A stretch of DNA of 63,870 bases, filler included, from Octopus bimaculoides (taxonomy: Eukaryota): NCBI RefSeq assembly GCF_001194135.2. It is 3 parts of 3 records of this genome, joined end to end, with 100 filler letters (N's around TTAATTAATTAA, not from the genome) between each part and the next. Parts side by side here need not be neighbours in the genome. Positions count along the whole stretch, not along the records: positions 31,778 to 61,203 come from NC_068984.1; positions 61,304 to 63,870 come from NW_026378132.1; 1 more part is not named here. The stretch is one strand, 5' to 3'. The position numbers and the translations under genes are program-made. Below the pieces are notes generated by a model, which made no database searches, had not been told where the DNA came from, and was given only the letters and a program-made list of their open reading frames with translations. Positions 53,183 to 63,870 of the stretch are shown in pieces. The first letter of the stretch is position 1. Each line of letters begins with the position of its first letter.

Positions 53183-53644
53183 CTCTAAAATATGAATGAA
53201 AATTCTTTCTGGACACAATTTACTAAGCTTGAATTGTGTCAAATGCACTCATACAAAAGAAAATTACATATCACATGCATTATTTCCAAATGCAAACCAA
53301 CTTACAGACTTTGCTAACAGTACAGAGCTATGAAATGCTTTAAATATTTAATAGCTTTTAGTAAATGCTGCACGTGCAGTAAAATAAATATTTTTTTCGA
53401 AATGTGGCTGAAACTCCAACTACTTTAATGCCAAATATTTAGACAGTATCTCATAGCTACACTTGTAGACTCACGCATATACTTACCCATACACACACAT
53501 ATGTACACATGCACATGCATACATACATGTCTTCTGTATGAAACCAGTAAAAGGGGGTTTGTATGTATGTATGTGTGTACATGAGAGAGAGATTATGCAT
53601 ATGAGTTGATTTGTTAAACAGAAAGTGAACTGAATGAACTCTAT

Positions 53645-53700
<56 letters not shown>

Positions 53701-53974
53701 TACATATATATATACTAGCTGAGGTACCTGGTAATACCTGGGAGTGGGGATATTCCCAGTACCCATTACAATGCCTAATTTCTCTCAGACAAAAAAATGA
53801 AATCAAGACATAGGCCAGATAATAGGTGTAAGCAAATTCATTCACGAAACAATAATACAAATAAATACATGTGAAATCGGAAAATAACAATTATTTGGTC
53901 AGCTGAGTGGACAGCTTCAAATATATAATCAATGGAAACATCAAGAAGGGAATTGTAAAGGAGTGCTATGAAAA

Positions 53975-54990
53975 AATATTCATGGAACAGACAAGCTTCA
54001 AATTGGCGTCCACAATCAGTAGTAATTCTGGAGGGTACTCCAAAGTGAGATATCCACCCAGAGATGAGTGCTTCAGGCCATCTGGAGAAGTGGTCAATGG
54101 AAGTCAATTTATAATTGAATTGGCAACTGACTGGCCAAGGACCAACCAGGTCGATGTGTATGTGACAGAACCTGGTGTCCGGTGGCTGAAAGTGTCCAAG
54201 AGGTGCTCTCACATGATAATGCACCTTGGAATGCTGTCATGATAGACAGGCACGTGACCAAGCAGTAATAGATCGATGCATATTCGGCCATAAAAAGCGG
54301 GCCAAGATAAGCTTTACTGTGGCCAAAATGCCAAGGGGTTGGGGTGACCTGGTAGAAACATCACAAAGAATAGTTCCTTCAGAAACAGGCAGAGGCAGGT
54401 GTTCAAACTTGCAGCAAAGAAACTGTGGTGAAGAGACGTCCAGAGAGTCCAAGGAGGGTTGGTCAGTAGTCATAGCAACCAAATCAATCAAAGCAGGAAT
54501 CGACAATGCACCGACAGGCAGGCGAGATAAGGTGGTGGGGATGTTGGTGGAGATGTTGTCAGTGCCAGTGACGAGGCAAATGTCACTAGTGAACTGTAAT
54601 TCCAAATGTCTTGTTTCTCTGGGCAAGTACCGGTCTGTTTTAGCAAAAAGAGCAAACATTAGCAGTTTGTGGTCGGTGAAAACTGTGAAATCTCTACCTT
54701 CAAGAAGACGAGAAATGCTTCACCGCCAGGTAAATTGCTAATAGTTCTTTACCAAATACATTGTATCTCAATTTGACATTTTTCAGCATAAAGAAAGCCA
54801 ATGGCTGGCTTCGGCTGTTAACAGATTGCTCTAGAACTGTGACAATAGGGGATGATGACACGTCGACGGTGTGTGTCAATATTGCATCCGCAATAGGATG
54901 AATGAGGAAGGATGCTTGAGTAAGATCAGTTTGACAGATTCAAAAGCTTGGATGGCTGTAGGGATAGCGTTATCAGGGAGTCTTTTTTCC
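53975..54990 (-). pseudogene. Ty3/Gypsy LTR retrotransposon pol fragment (RNase H to integrase)
   Basis: FTVFTDHKLL...QFTSDI; integrase Zn-binding region (ARFLWPNMHRSITAWSRACLSCQ); [33 protein letters not shown]. Confidence 0.9.
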
Positions 54991-54999
54991 GTTTCTACT

Positions 55000-55600
55000 A
55001 CTACAAATTGGTCATAGTTGGTGTTTATCAATGCAGTTTACATCTCCTTGGTTGGTAATTAGATGCAAATGTTTGCTAGATCCAGCAGGTGGGTTATTGA
55101 ACCTTTGCTGCATTTTGCTTATGTGATGTATAAGCTGCTCTAAATTAGTATAGTTGGTGTAGGATACCTTCACAGTGTGTCGATTAAAAATAGCATGATA
55201 CCAATTAGATTTAGGAAAACACTCGTCCAAAGCAGCAAAAAATTTTCCAGCGATCTTGGTTGAAACATGCAAACCAAAAATCAGGTTGAATCAGAGGACA
55301 TCTTGATTCCTATATCTGTTGTTAGGCTTATTTCATTGCATGTTGTACAGGATTGGAACAAGCAGTTGAATTATTATGTCAGGTGTGTCTATGAGTTTTT
55401 GTTGGTAGTTCATTGATATGACCAATTCTTTCTGGCCTATATTCTTTACCTGAGCAAGTTCTCAAATGGTAACTTTGTCGTAGTATACAATGTGCATCAC
55501 AGTTGGAGGAATTACCAGTGTTGTGTATGCCTGCTTCTTGTATATATTGAATTTGTTCATGGTACCCAGCCTTAGCTAGACCAGCATTATAATAAGTTGC
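55000..55600 (-). pseudogene. Penelope-like element fragment (RT thumb/linker), second family
   Basis: R-x-Q-D-V-L-*-FN...VSTKIAGKFFAALDECFPK...IFNRHTVKVSY matches the PLE motif WFNPP..NV.TNIG..F...D..FP....IFNRN.VKVSYS. Confidence 0.7.
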
Positions 55601-55734
55601 TTGAGATTCGAAAATTTTATTGCTAGCAGATAATCTAGAAATTCTTGTAGAAATATTCTTAACTAGTCCCTGTATAATCGAGGGTGGTAGTTAGAGGCTG
55701 CGTTAATGTACTTATGATCATTTGGCTTATGGCT

Positions 55735-55770
<36 letters not shown>

Positions 55771-55774
<4 letters not shown>

Positions 55775-56195
55775 GTGAGGCAAAAGTCGAACACCATTGG
55801 GATAATTTATTAAAAGTATGATTACACATTAAAATTTCTTTTGCTAGTTATTTAATTGTTATATGTGCTGTTCAAAATATCTCCCTTCTTTTCCATAACA
55901 CATTTCATTTCTGTGCCTGCATGATTCATTAACCGCTGATGATGTTAGATCAGTTGCACTTTTCAGTCTGCCACATTGAACATGGTCAGCAACACTACCA
56001 GATTCTTTAAAACGATTAGTTAGACGTCCAACAGTTGATTTATCAATTGGAAGTCGTTCATCATTCATTAGTTTTTCACCCATCTTACTTTGTTAGAATT
56101 TTTTCTGTAGATAAGAAAATATCAGAACAAATTAGACATTTGAAACAATTATTAATTAATTAACTCCTATGGTGTGTGACTTTTGTCTCACCATG
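55771..56195 (-). mobile_element. Non-autonomous Tc1/mariner element with 30-bp TIRs
   Basis: TIRs cagggtgaggcaaaagtcgaacaccattgg and catggtgagacaaaagtcacacaccatagg (25/30), TA at the right end, HTH remnant KSTVGRLTNRFKESGSVAD..CGRLKSAT. Confidence 0.75.
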
Positions 56196-56604
56196 TATGT
56201 ATGTATGTATGTATGTATGTATGTATGTATGTATGTATGTATATATATATACATATATGTATGTATACACACATACATATTTTCCATATAAAATTAGTGT
56301 ACACTTAAACACAAAAGAGGCGACCCTTAACAGGCAGCCTTACATGCTAGAAGTAGCAGTCAAAACGACCAAAACCACATTTAAGAGCAATTTCGAAGGG
56401 AATGAAGAATAAAAACTTTTACCTTGTTTTTTTTTTTATTTATGTTTTTACAGCCATACCTAGATTTCGAACTCTAATTAGCAAATAAAATAATATGCTA
56501 GGTGAAGTTCTCATCAGTGGCTCTGCCAAAACACTCTCTGTGACTCTTATGACCTGGTTCAGCAGTTTGATACCTCTGTAATTGTTTCTATATATATATA
56601 TACA

Positions 56605-58240
56605 TACATACATCATCATCATCGTCTAACGTCCGCTTTCCATGCTAACATGGGTTGGACAATTTGACTGAGGACTGGTGAACCAGATGGCTACACCAGG
56701 CTCCAATCTGATTTGGCAGAGTTTCTACAACTGGATACCCTTCTTAATGCCAACCACTCCGAGAGTGTAGTGGGTGCTTTTACATGCCACCGGCACGAAG
56801 GCCAGTCAGGCGGTACTGGCAACAGCCACACTTAAAATGGTGTATTTTACATGCCACCTGCACAAGAACCAGTCTAGTGGCACTGGTAATGATCTCGCTC
56901 GAATGTCTTTTCACGTGCCACCAGCACAAGTGCCAGGAAGTCAACGCTGGTAATGATCATGCTCAAATAGTGCTATTTACTTGCCACTGGCATGGAAGCC
57001 AGACAGCTGCTCTGGCAATGATCATGCTTGGACGGTGCTGTTAGTGCTCCACTGGCACAGGTGCCAGTCATCGAATTTGGTTCAATTATGATTTCGATTT
57101 CACTTGCCCCAACAGGTCTTCGCAAGTTTAGTGTCCAATGAAGGAAAGGTTGGCATGGGTGCCAGTCGTTGAATNNNNNNNNNNNNNNNNNNNNNNNNNN
57201 NNNNNNNNNNNNNNNNNNNNNNNNNNNNNNNNNNNNNNNNNNNNNNNNNNNNNNNNNNNNNNNNNNNNNNNNNNNNNNNNNNNNNNNNNNNNNNNNNNNN
57301 NNNNNNNNNNNNNNNNNNNNNNNNNNNNNNNNNNNNNNNNNNNNNNNNNNNNNNNNNNNNNNNNNNNNNNNNNNNNNNNNNNNNNNNNNNNNNNNNNNNN
57401 NNNNNNNNNNNNNNNNNNNNNNNNNNNNNNNNNNNNNNNNNNNNNNNNNNNNNNNNNNNNNNNNNNNNNNNNNNNNNNNNNNNNNNNNNNNNNNNNNNNN
57501 NNNNNNNNNNNNNNNNNNNNNNNNNNNNNNNNNNNNNNNNNNNNNNNNNNNNNNNNNNNNNNNNNNNNNNNNNNNNNNNNNNNNNNNNNNNNNNNNNNNN
57601 NNNNNNNNNNNNNNNNNNNNNNNNNNNNNNNNNNNNNNNNNNNNNNNNNNNNNNNNNNNNNNNNNNNNNNNNNNNNNNNNNNNNNNNNNNNNNNNNNNNN
57701 NNNNNNNNNNNNNNNNNNNNNNNNNNNNNNNNNNNNNNNNNNNNNNNNNNNNNNNNNNNNNNNNNNNNNNNNNNNNNNNNNNNNNNNNNNNNNNNNNNNN
57801 NNNNNNNNNNNNNNNNNNNNNNNNNNNNNNNNNNNNNNNNNNNNNNNNNNNNNNNNNNNNNNNNNNNNNNNNNNNNNNNNNNNNNNNNNNNNNNNNNNNN
57901 NNNNNNNNNNNNNNNNNNNNNNNNNNNCTCTGTAATTATTTGTATCTAAAGCGTCCCCTTTACCTTTGTAGCAGTTGACTATGATGCTGCTACACCAGTC
58001 ATAGGGTATGACTCCTTCGTGTATCACCTGGTTCGTAATACGGGTGACTAGGCTATAGCCAACACTGCCAGATATTTTGAGCATCTCTGCAGTGATTCCT
58101 GATGGGCCGGGGGCTTTCCCGGTCTTCATACTCTTAATTGCTTTATCTACCCTGGTACTATCAACTCGGATAGCTGGTCCCTCTATTGGGTCGACATAAG
58201 GCAGGCTCTCTTTCTCCCATTCATTCTCTTTATTAAGCAA
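56605..58240 (-). pseudogene. RTE LINE (family A): RT N-terminal region, gap, 3' UTR and (GAT)n tail
   Basis: KAIKSMKTGKAPGPSGITAEMLK...IPYDWCSSIIVNCYKGKGDALDTNNYR, then an N gap, then UTR repeats and tail. Confidence 0.85.
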
Positions 58241-58519
58241 TATATAATATTGGTGTTAGAGCTCAATATGCATATACTTTGGAAAAAAGCATTAGTCGAG
58301 TATAGAGCATAATATGAAATTTAATAAATGACAAGGATCAAGAAGTTATGTAATGAACTTCATTAGCTTACACCTGTTTCTGTTATGAGGTGATACATAA
58401 GTACTCATGTATAAGTGCATTGTAAACTAAGAGCAGAAACAGCTGTTAGATAATAAAGTTCATTACATAAATTCTTCTTCCTTGTCATGTATTTAATTTC
58501 TTTCATTTATTTAATTTCT

Positions 58520-58563
<44 letters not shown>

Positions 58564-58789
58564 TACACACATGCACACACATACACACATGCACACAGAC
58601 ACACACACACTCACAGAATCCAAATTTACAGAAAACAAAAGATGAAGACAAGCAAGGGAACAAGCAGGTGTGTTAGTTTGATACTCAGGAAGAATAGAAA
58701 AGTCTTGTCATTTTGAGCCTATGCTCTTCGATGGAAAGGAATGAGAAAGTAAAAACGAAGAAAGAGAGAGAAAAATGGAGAGATAAAAA

Positions 58790-59470
58790 AATGTGTAGGG
58801 ACATAGCAGTGAAACACGGGCTATGACTACAGAGGACTTGCGAAGGCTTGAAAGAAATGAAGCCAGTATGTACCATTGGATGGGTAATATCAGTGTGCAC
58901 ATACAACAAAATATAAACGATTTAAGAGAAAAACTTGGTATAACAGGCATCTGATGTTGTGTGCAAGAGAGAAGACTGCACTGGTATGGTTATGTGATCT
59001 GTATGGATGAGGGTAGCTGCTTATAGAAGTGCCAGTCTTTAATTGTGGAAGGAACATTTGGAAGAGATAAATCCAGGAAGACATGGAACAAGGTGGTGAA
59101 AAAGGATCTTCAGATATTGTGCCTCATTGAGGAGATGACAAGGGACATCTGGCGATTTCCTGTACTTGAGAAAACATGTCAGGCTAAGAAACATCACAGC
59201 CATCCATACACACAGGCATGTCTTTTGCAGGTTCTGGTGCAATGTAAAATGCACTTGTGCCAGTGCTACATAAATGTACACATGCTGGTGGCACATAAAG
59301 AGCACCCAGCACACTTTGTAAAGTGGCTGGCATTAGGAAGGGCATCCAGCTGTAGAAGCCATGCCAAAACAGACAAGTGAAGTCCAGATAGCTCTCCGGC
59401 TGGCCAGCACCTGTCAAACTGTTCAAACCTTGCCAGCATGGAAAATGCTTGTTAAACAATGATGATGATA
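58790..59470 (+). pseudogene. 5'-truncated RTE LINE 3' end with tail
   Basis: SETRAMTTEDLRRLERNEASM, ERRLHWYG and GRDKSRKTWNKVV motifs, then the family A tail. Confidence 0.8.
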
Positions 59471-59609
59471 TATATACCATTTACTAGTTATTCTTTTTGT
59501 ATTTTATTGATTTTTTGAATAAGGTTTCTATGATATATTTATTTTCTGGAGGGTATGAATTAAATTCTTCTTTATCAAATTATTTAATAGTAGTTTTTCT
59601 TTAAATTAT

Positions 59610-59651
<42 letters not shown>

Positions 59652-59665
59652 CTATATATATACAT

Positions 59666-59697
<32 letters not shown>

Positions 59698-59728
59698 GTA
59701 TACATACAGACATGTATGTATGTCTATG

Positions 59729-59773
<45 letters not shown>

Positions 59774-60886
59774 NNNNNNNNNNNNNNNNNNNNNNNNNNN
59801 NNNNNNNNNNNNNNNNNNNNNNNNNNNNNNNNNNNNNNNNNNNNNNNNNNNNNNNNNNNNNNNNNNNNNNTACATATGACAGTGTTTGTTATGTAAAGGG
59901 AGATAACTCCAATCTTATTGAAGGTATCTCATTTTTGTGCAGCACTCAGAATAAGTAGAAGTAAAAATTATTTTAAACTGCACATAGAAAATAATTATAA
60001 CCAAAAAATATTAAAGACTTGTAGGCACATGGAATTTTGTTATAACTTTAACAACCAAGAAAATCTTTTCAGAATAAAATTTTCCCCTCCAAAATCAAAG
60101 AAAATGAAAGAATTATTAAATTATATCATGGCTACAAATCTACTACCTGCTGAGCCCTGTTATTTGATCATTTTTCTGAGATTTGTTAAATGTCAAATAT
60201 TCTGTTTGTATACTATTAAAGCAAGTATTGAATCACCAAAATACTCTTTTCAAGATAATTCAATTCAAAGTCTATGAGAGCATGTAATTATCTGTATTTA
60301 GAATGAAACAATTTTCCATTTTTAATTTTATTTTTCGATAAATTTTTAATTTCATTTTTCAATAAATATTCAATAAATTTAAGTATATTAACAGCATAAG
60401 GATATTAACAGCATAATACTGACAGGGGTCACATACTCCTCCCAGAGATTGCGTTTCCTCATTAGTAGAGACAAGATTTCCTTTGGGGAAGCAGAAGTTG
60501 CACAGATCCAATGAATCAGTTTGTTGAAGCTTGCATCCACCACAAACATAGCTCCCATAATTCAAGGTTGAGATTTTGTAGCATTAAGGTTTAATCTCCT
60601 ATGAATGTTTGATCAGGCACAGTTTATTTTTATATTTACAGCTAACCTTCATATTTGATGGCCTTTCCCATATATGCCACCTGGGACCCCAGTGGATGGA
60701 AGTTTCTCTTCCCACCATATGTGTTTGTGTATGTGTGTGTGTCAAGGAAAGACCACTGGGACATACAATTTGCTGCAAACTACAGCTCTTACACTATACA
60801 TACAAATAATGAACAACAACACAAACATTTGTCACTACATACACGCACACACACACATAATATATAACATATATATATATATATAT

Positions 60887-61050
60887 AGGCGTAGGAGTGG
60901 CTGTGTGGTAAGTAGCATTCTTATCAATCACATGGTTCCAGGTTCAGTTCCACTGTGTGGCACCTTGGGCAAGTGTCTTCTACTATAGCCTCGGGCCAGC
61001 AAAAGCCTTGTGAGTGGATTTGGTAGACGGAAACTGAAAGAAGCCCATCA
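60887..61050 (+). mobile_element. Family B SINE head, followed by its microsatellite and a nested RTE fragment
   Basis: Box A tggctgtgtgg, box B ggttcagttcc. Confidence 0.8.
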
Positions 61051-61058
61051 TAAATATG

Positions 61059-61089
<31 letters not shown>

Positions 61090-61090
61090 G

Positions 61091-61203
61091 CAGACTGTAT
61101 GACGCATGCGTACGAACAACCATGCTACATGGCAGTGAAACATGGGCTGTAACTGCTGAGGACATACGTAAGCTCGCAAGGAATGAAGCCAGTATGCTCC
61201 GTT
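61091..61203 (+). pseudogene. RTE LINE fragment
   Basis: RLYDACVRTTMLHGSETWAVTAEDIRKLARNEASMLR; runs into a gap. Confidence 0.85.
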
Positions 61204-61835
61204 NNNNNNNNNNNNNNNNNNNNNNNNNNNNNNNNNNNNNNNNNNNNTTAATTAATTAANNNNNNNNNNNNNNNNNNNNNNNNNNNNNNNNNNNNNNNNN
61301 NNNTTTGCCTTTCATCTCTTCGGATCGATAAATTAAGTACCAGTTGCGTACTGTGGTCGATCTAATCAACTGCCCACACTACCCCCAAATTTCGTGCCTT
61401 GTGCCAAGAGTAGAAATGATTGTGCCGGTGTATTTTAAGTGTGAATTATTTTGAAGTTTCAATTACTGAACGTTGTTGTTGTTTATTTTCATTCCCTCCC
61501 TGACCCAGTAAATCTATCATGAAACACATCTCAACCATTAATATCTCATCAACCTATATATCATTAAATATTTCTACAACTACACCATTCAATGTATTCT
61601 TCCAATTTTATGGCGATGGGTGTAAATTATGAGAATATGCATACATTTATAAACGTGACGAAATGGTCAATTAAACTATGCCACAACCAGTAATGTTGGA
61701 TTCAAAGCGCCAATAGCAGTCAAATGATGTTGGCCATTATCTATTTTGTTTTGTCAATGAAATTAGCAAAAATCCATTACATATATTTTAATTACAAATT
61801 AATTTGTATAAATTACGAAAACTTAATTGTTTCAG

Positions 61836-61985
61836 AATCCCGCCAACCCACAGTGTGTTTATTGGGATGAATCTCCTGGACAGGTTCCCCATTGGTCAAC
61901 AAACGGCTGTAATACATCCGTGTATGTACCTGGAGAGAAAATGATTTGTTCCTGTAACCATCTGACAAGGTTTGCCATATTAATG
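61836..61985 (+). CDS. Adhesion GPCR exon encoding the GPS motif (C-terminal end of the GAIN domain)
   Basis: Acceptor ttgtttcag| and donor |gttagt, 150 nt, phase 0/0. Encodes NPANPQCVYWDESPGQVPHWSTNGCNTSVYVPGEKMICSCNHLTRFAILM, matching the GPS pattern C-x2-W...W-x3-GC...C-x-C-x-HL^T-x-FA-x-LM. Confidence 0.93.
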
Positions 61986-62237
61986 GTTAGTAAGATTATG
62001 ACAACTTGCTAATTATCTCTAATTTGGCTGCTTACGTCTATGAATTAATGATTTCAACACCCACTCATCTAACATGCAATGTAAGATGGTCCGCTGATAT
62101 ATTGTCTCTAATGCAGTTTACTGTAGTCTTTAACGTCTACATCAACATCTTATACACTCATAATTTATATAATTATTGACCGACACAGAAACGAATGGGA
62201 AGAGGAGTTAATACGTTGTTGTTTGCTTCTGTTTCAG

Positions 62238-62359
62238 GAAATCTACGCGATACCCGTAAAAGGAAATATTAGCCGCCTCTTATACATAACATCTTACATT
62301 GGCTGCGGAATAGCATTAGCCTGTCTAATACTCACAGTAATATTTTATCTTTGTTCCAA
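62238..62359 (+). CDS. Adhesion GPCR exon encoding the stalk and TM1 of the 7TM domain (absent from the ORF track)
   Basis: Acceptor cttctgtttcag| and donor |gtaaga, 122 nt, phase 0/2, in frame with the GPS exon. Encodes EIYAIPVKGNISRLLYITSYIGCGIALACLILTVIFYLCS(K), a typical aGPCR TM1 (YIGCG-x-x-L-x-CL-x-LT). Confidence 0.88.
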
Positions 62360-63057
62360 GTAAGAACTTCAGTTTCTATTTTCTTTCATAAACTGTTTAA
62401 ATACAGCAGGGCAATATCCATTAGTTTGTAGAATTCTTACAGATTGGTCAGATCTATGTGGTTGATGTCTGCGGGTAACGCCATGGATGAGGAGAAAATT
62501 CCAAAATCCTGTCACGCTTATGAGTGAATGAAGAAATATTTCAGGGCAAATTTGTGACCAGAGAGTAAGGATGATAAAAGACAAAGAGAGAAGGGACAGG
62601 AAGCGCTATCTCGTGCTTGACTAGAGTCAGTTTATAGTTTGTTTATTCAGAAAAGTATTAAATAATATAGTAGTTATTAGGCCGTCATGTATGAAATTTG
62701 TAGTAAGGTATATGGCAAAATTTGACAGCTGCTCATTTTGCGCCATGATTATATTTTGACTATCTTTATGTTTTGTTAGTAAGCGGACACATCTATNNNN
62801 NNNNNNNNNNNNNNNNNNNNNNNNNNNNNNNNNNNNNNNNNNNNNNNNNNNNNNNNNNNNNNNNNNNNNNNNNNNNNNNNNNNNNNNNNNNNNNNNNNNN
62901 NNNNNNNNNNNNNNNNNNNNNNNNNNNNNNNNNNNNNNNNNNNNNNNNNNNNNNNNNNNNNNNNNNNNNNNNNNNNNNNNNNNNNNNNNNNNNNNNNNNN
63001 NNNNNNNNNNNNNNNNNNNNNNNNNNNNNNNNNNNNNNNNNNNNNNNNNNNNNNNNT

Positions 63058-63480
63058 ATCAAATTGGTTTGCAAAATCTCGTTCTGGTAACTTTGAACTC
63101 ACAAAGTTACCAGAACTTTCTGAGGTCAAAGTCGACCAGAAACAAAGGTAGATAATGACGAATTGAAAGCCACCGTCGAGTCAGATCCATCTCAGAGTGC
63201 CGTGCCCTTGAATTATCATTGTTGTTTGGTGTTACCAAATTTTACAAACCGCCTTATGCAAGTTCCTTCATTGAGGCACTCTTCTCCATAAGCTAAGTGA
63301 ATATTTCCAGTCACTTCAGCTGCAGAGTTCCCTTTTTAAAACTCATGCTCCTTAGAAACTTCCATGTTTGAAGAGCTCTAATTAGTGAGACCGCAGTTAG
63401 ATTATGCAACATGTAATGTCTGTGTAAATTAGCTTCCAGGAAGACACACTATATGCAAATTCGTCAGGCATATATTATCT
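63058..63480. pseudogene. Two opposed mariner transposase N-terminal fragments
   Basis: + strand WFAKSRSGNFEL...VDNDELKATVESDPSQS; minus strand MEVSKEHEF*KGNSAAEVTGNIHLAYGEECLNEGTCIRRFVKF. Confidence 0.7.
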
Positions 63481-63870
63481 AACCTTTACTAGTAGATGGT
63501 TTATAAGCTGCGTCTCGCTTCAGAGTTAATAAGGATACTCAGCCGCAGATGAAACCCCAACATGGAATTGTAACTAATCCAGCCAGTCTTTGTACATTGT
63601 ACATAACGACTAGATATTTACAATTATCTAATGAATATAGTGTTGTTTGAAAAACAGATATTGTACATAAGGTTATTGTACGTATCGTTGGTGTTAATTC
63701 AGCAACAACGAATATTACTTATATGCATTTGTGAGCAACATTATATTCGTCACATGTTCCTTAACTACATGGAATTACTGTTATAACCAATGAAACTTAC
63801 CCTATGAGTGCAAGAGGTAATATACAATGTTTTATATCTCATTCAGGTCATTATACACATATTTTGCACT

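Noticed and set aside
87-59958. Dozens of ORFs rich in HT, YI, CV, LS or ER dipeptides
   Set aside because: They are translations of (CA), (TA), (TG), (TCTA) and (GA) microsatellites, which lack stops in some frames; no coding signal.
59918-60277. 119-aa ORF in AT-rich sequence
   Set aside because: Non-ATG start, no recognisable motif or supported splice pair; compatible with chance.
60642-60728. 87-nt phase 0/0 candidate exon upstream of the GPS exon
   Set aside because: The acceptor is good, but the donor falls in a TG microsatellite and the peptide (LTFIFDGLSHICHLGPQWMEVSLPTICVC) does not resemble GAIN sequence.
61204-61303. Second N44-TTAATTAATTAA-N44 block
   Set aside because: Same assembly spacer; true distance unknown.
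8739-63129. Long ORFs (250-390 aa) containing X runs
   Set aside because: They are open only because they run through N gaps.

Overview
This is eukaryotic, AT-rich, heavily gapped, repeat-dense genomic DNA. The SINE/LINE families and the microsatellite load suggest a coleoid cephalopod, probably Octopus; that assignment is inference. No prokaryotic genes, CRISPR arrays, rRNA genes or intact tRNA genes are supported, and nearly all ORFs in the supplied track are microsatellite or N-gap artefacts. The only host gene I can support is an adhesion-class GPCR on the + strand, seen as a GPS-motif exon (61836-61985) and a TM1 exon (62238-62359) with canonical splice sites and compatible phases. The rest is decayed mobile DNA: RTE LINEs, several tRNA-derived SINE families, Penelope-like elements (PLEs), an R4/Dong-type RLE LINE, a Gypsy pol fragment, Helitron, Tc1/mariner, hAT and piggyBac-type MITEs. 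The most interesting signal is a set of minimal hammerhead-ribozyme motifs. One PLE carries a tRNA-like Pol III head plus (AAT)n plus a hammerhead in its 3' repeat, and an ORF-less copy starts exactly at that head, making it a candidate Penelope-mobilised ribozyme SINE. There is also an inverted pair of hammerhead cores with reciprocally swapped stem-I arms, and a separate long-stem-II hammerhead.
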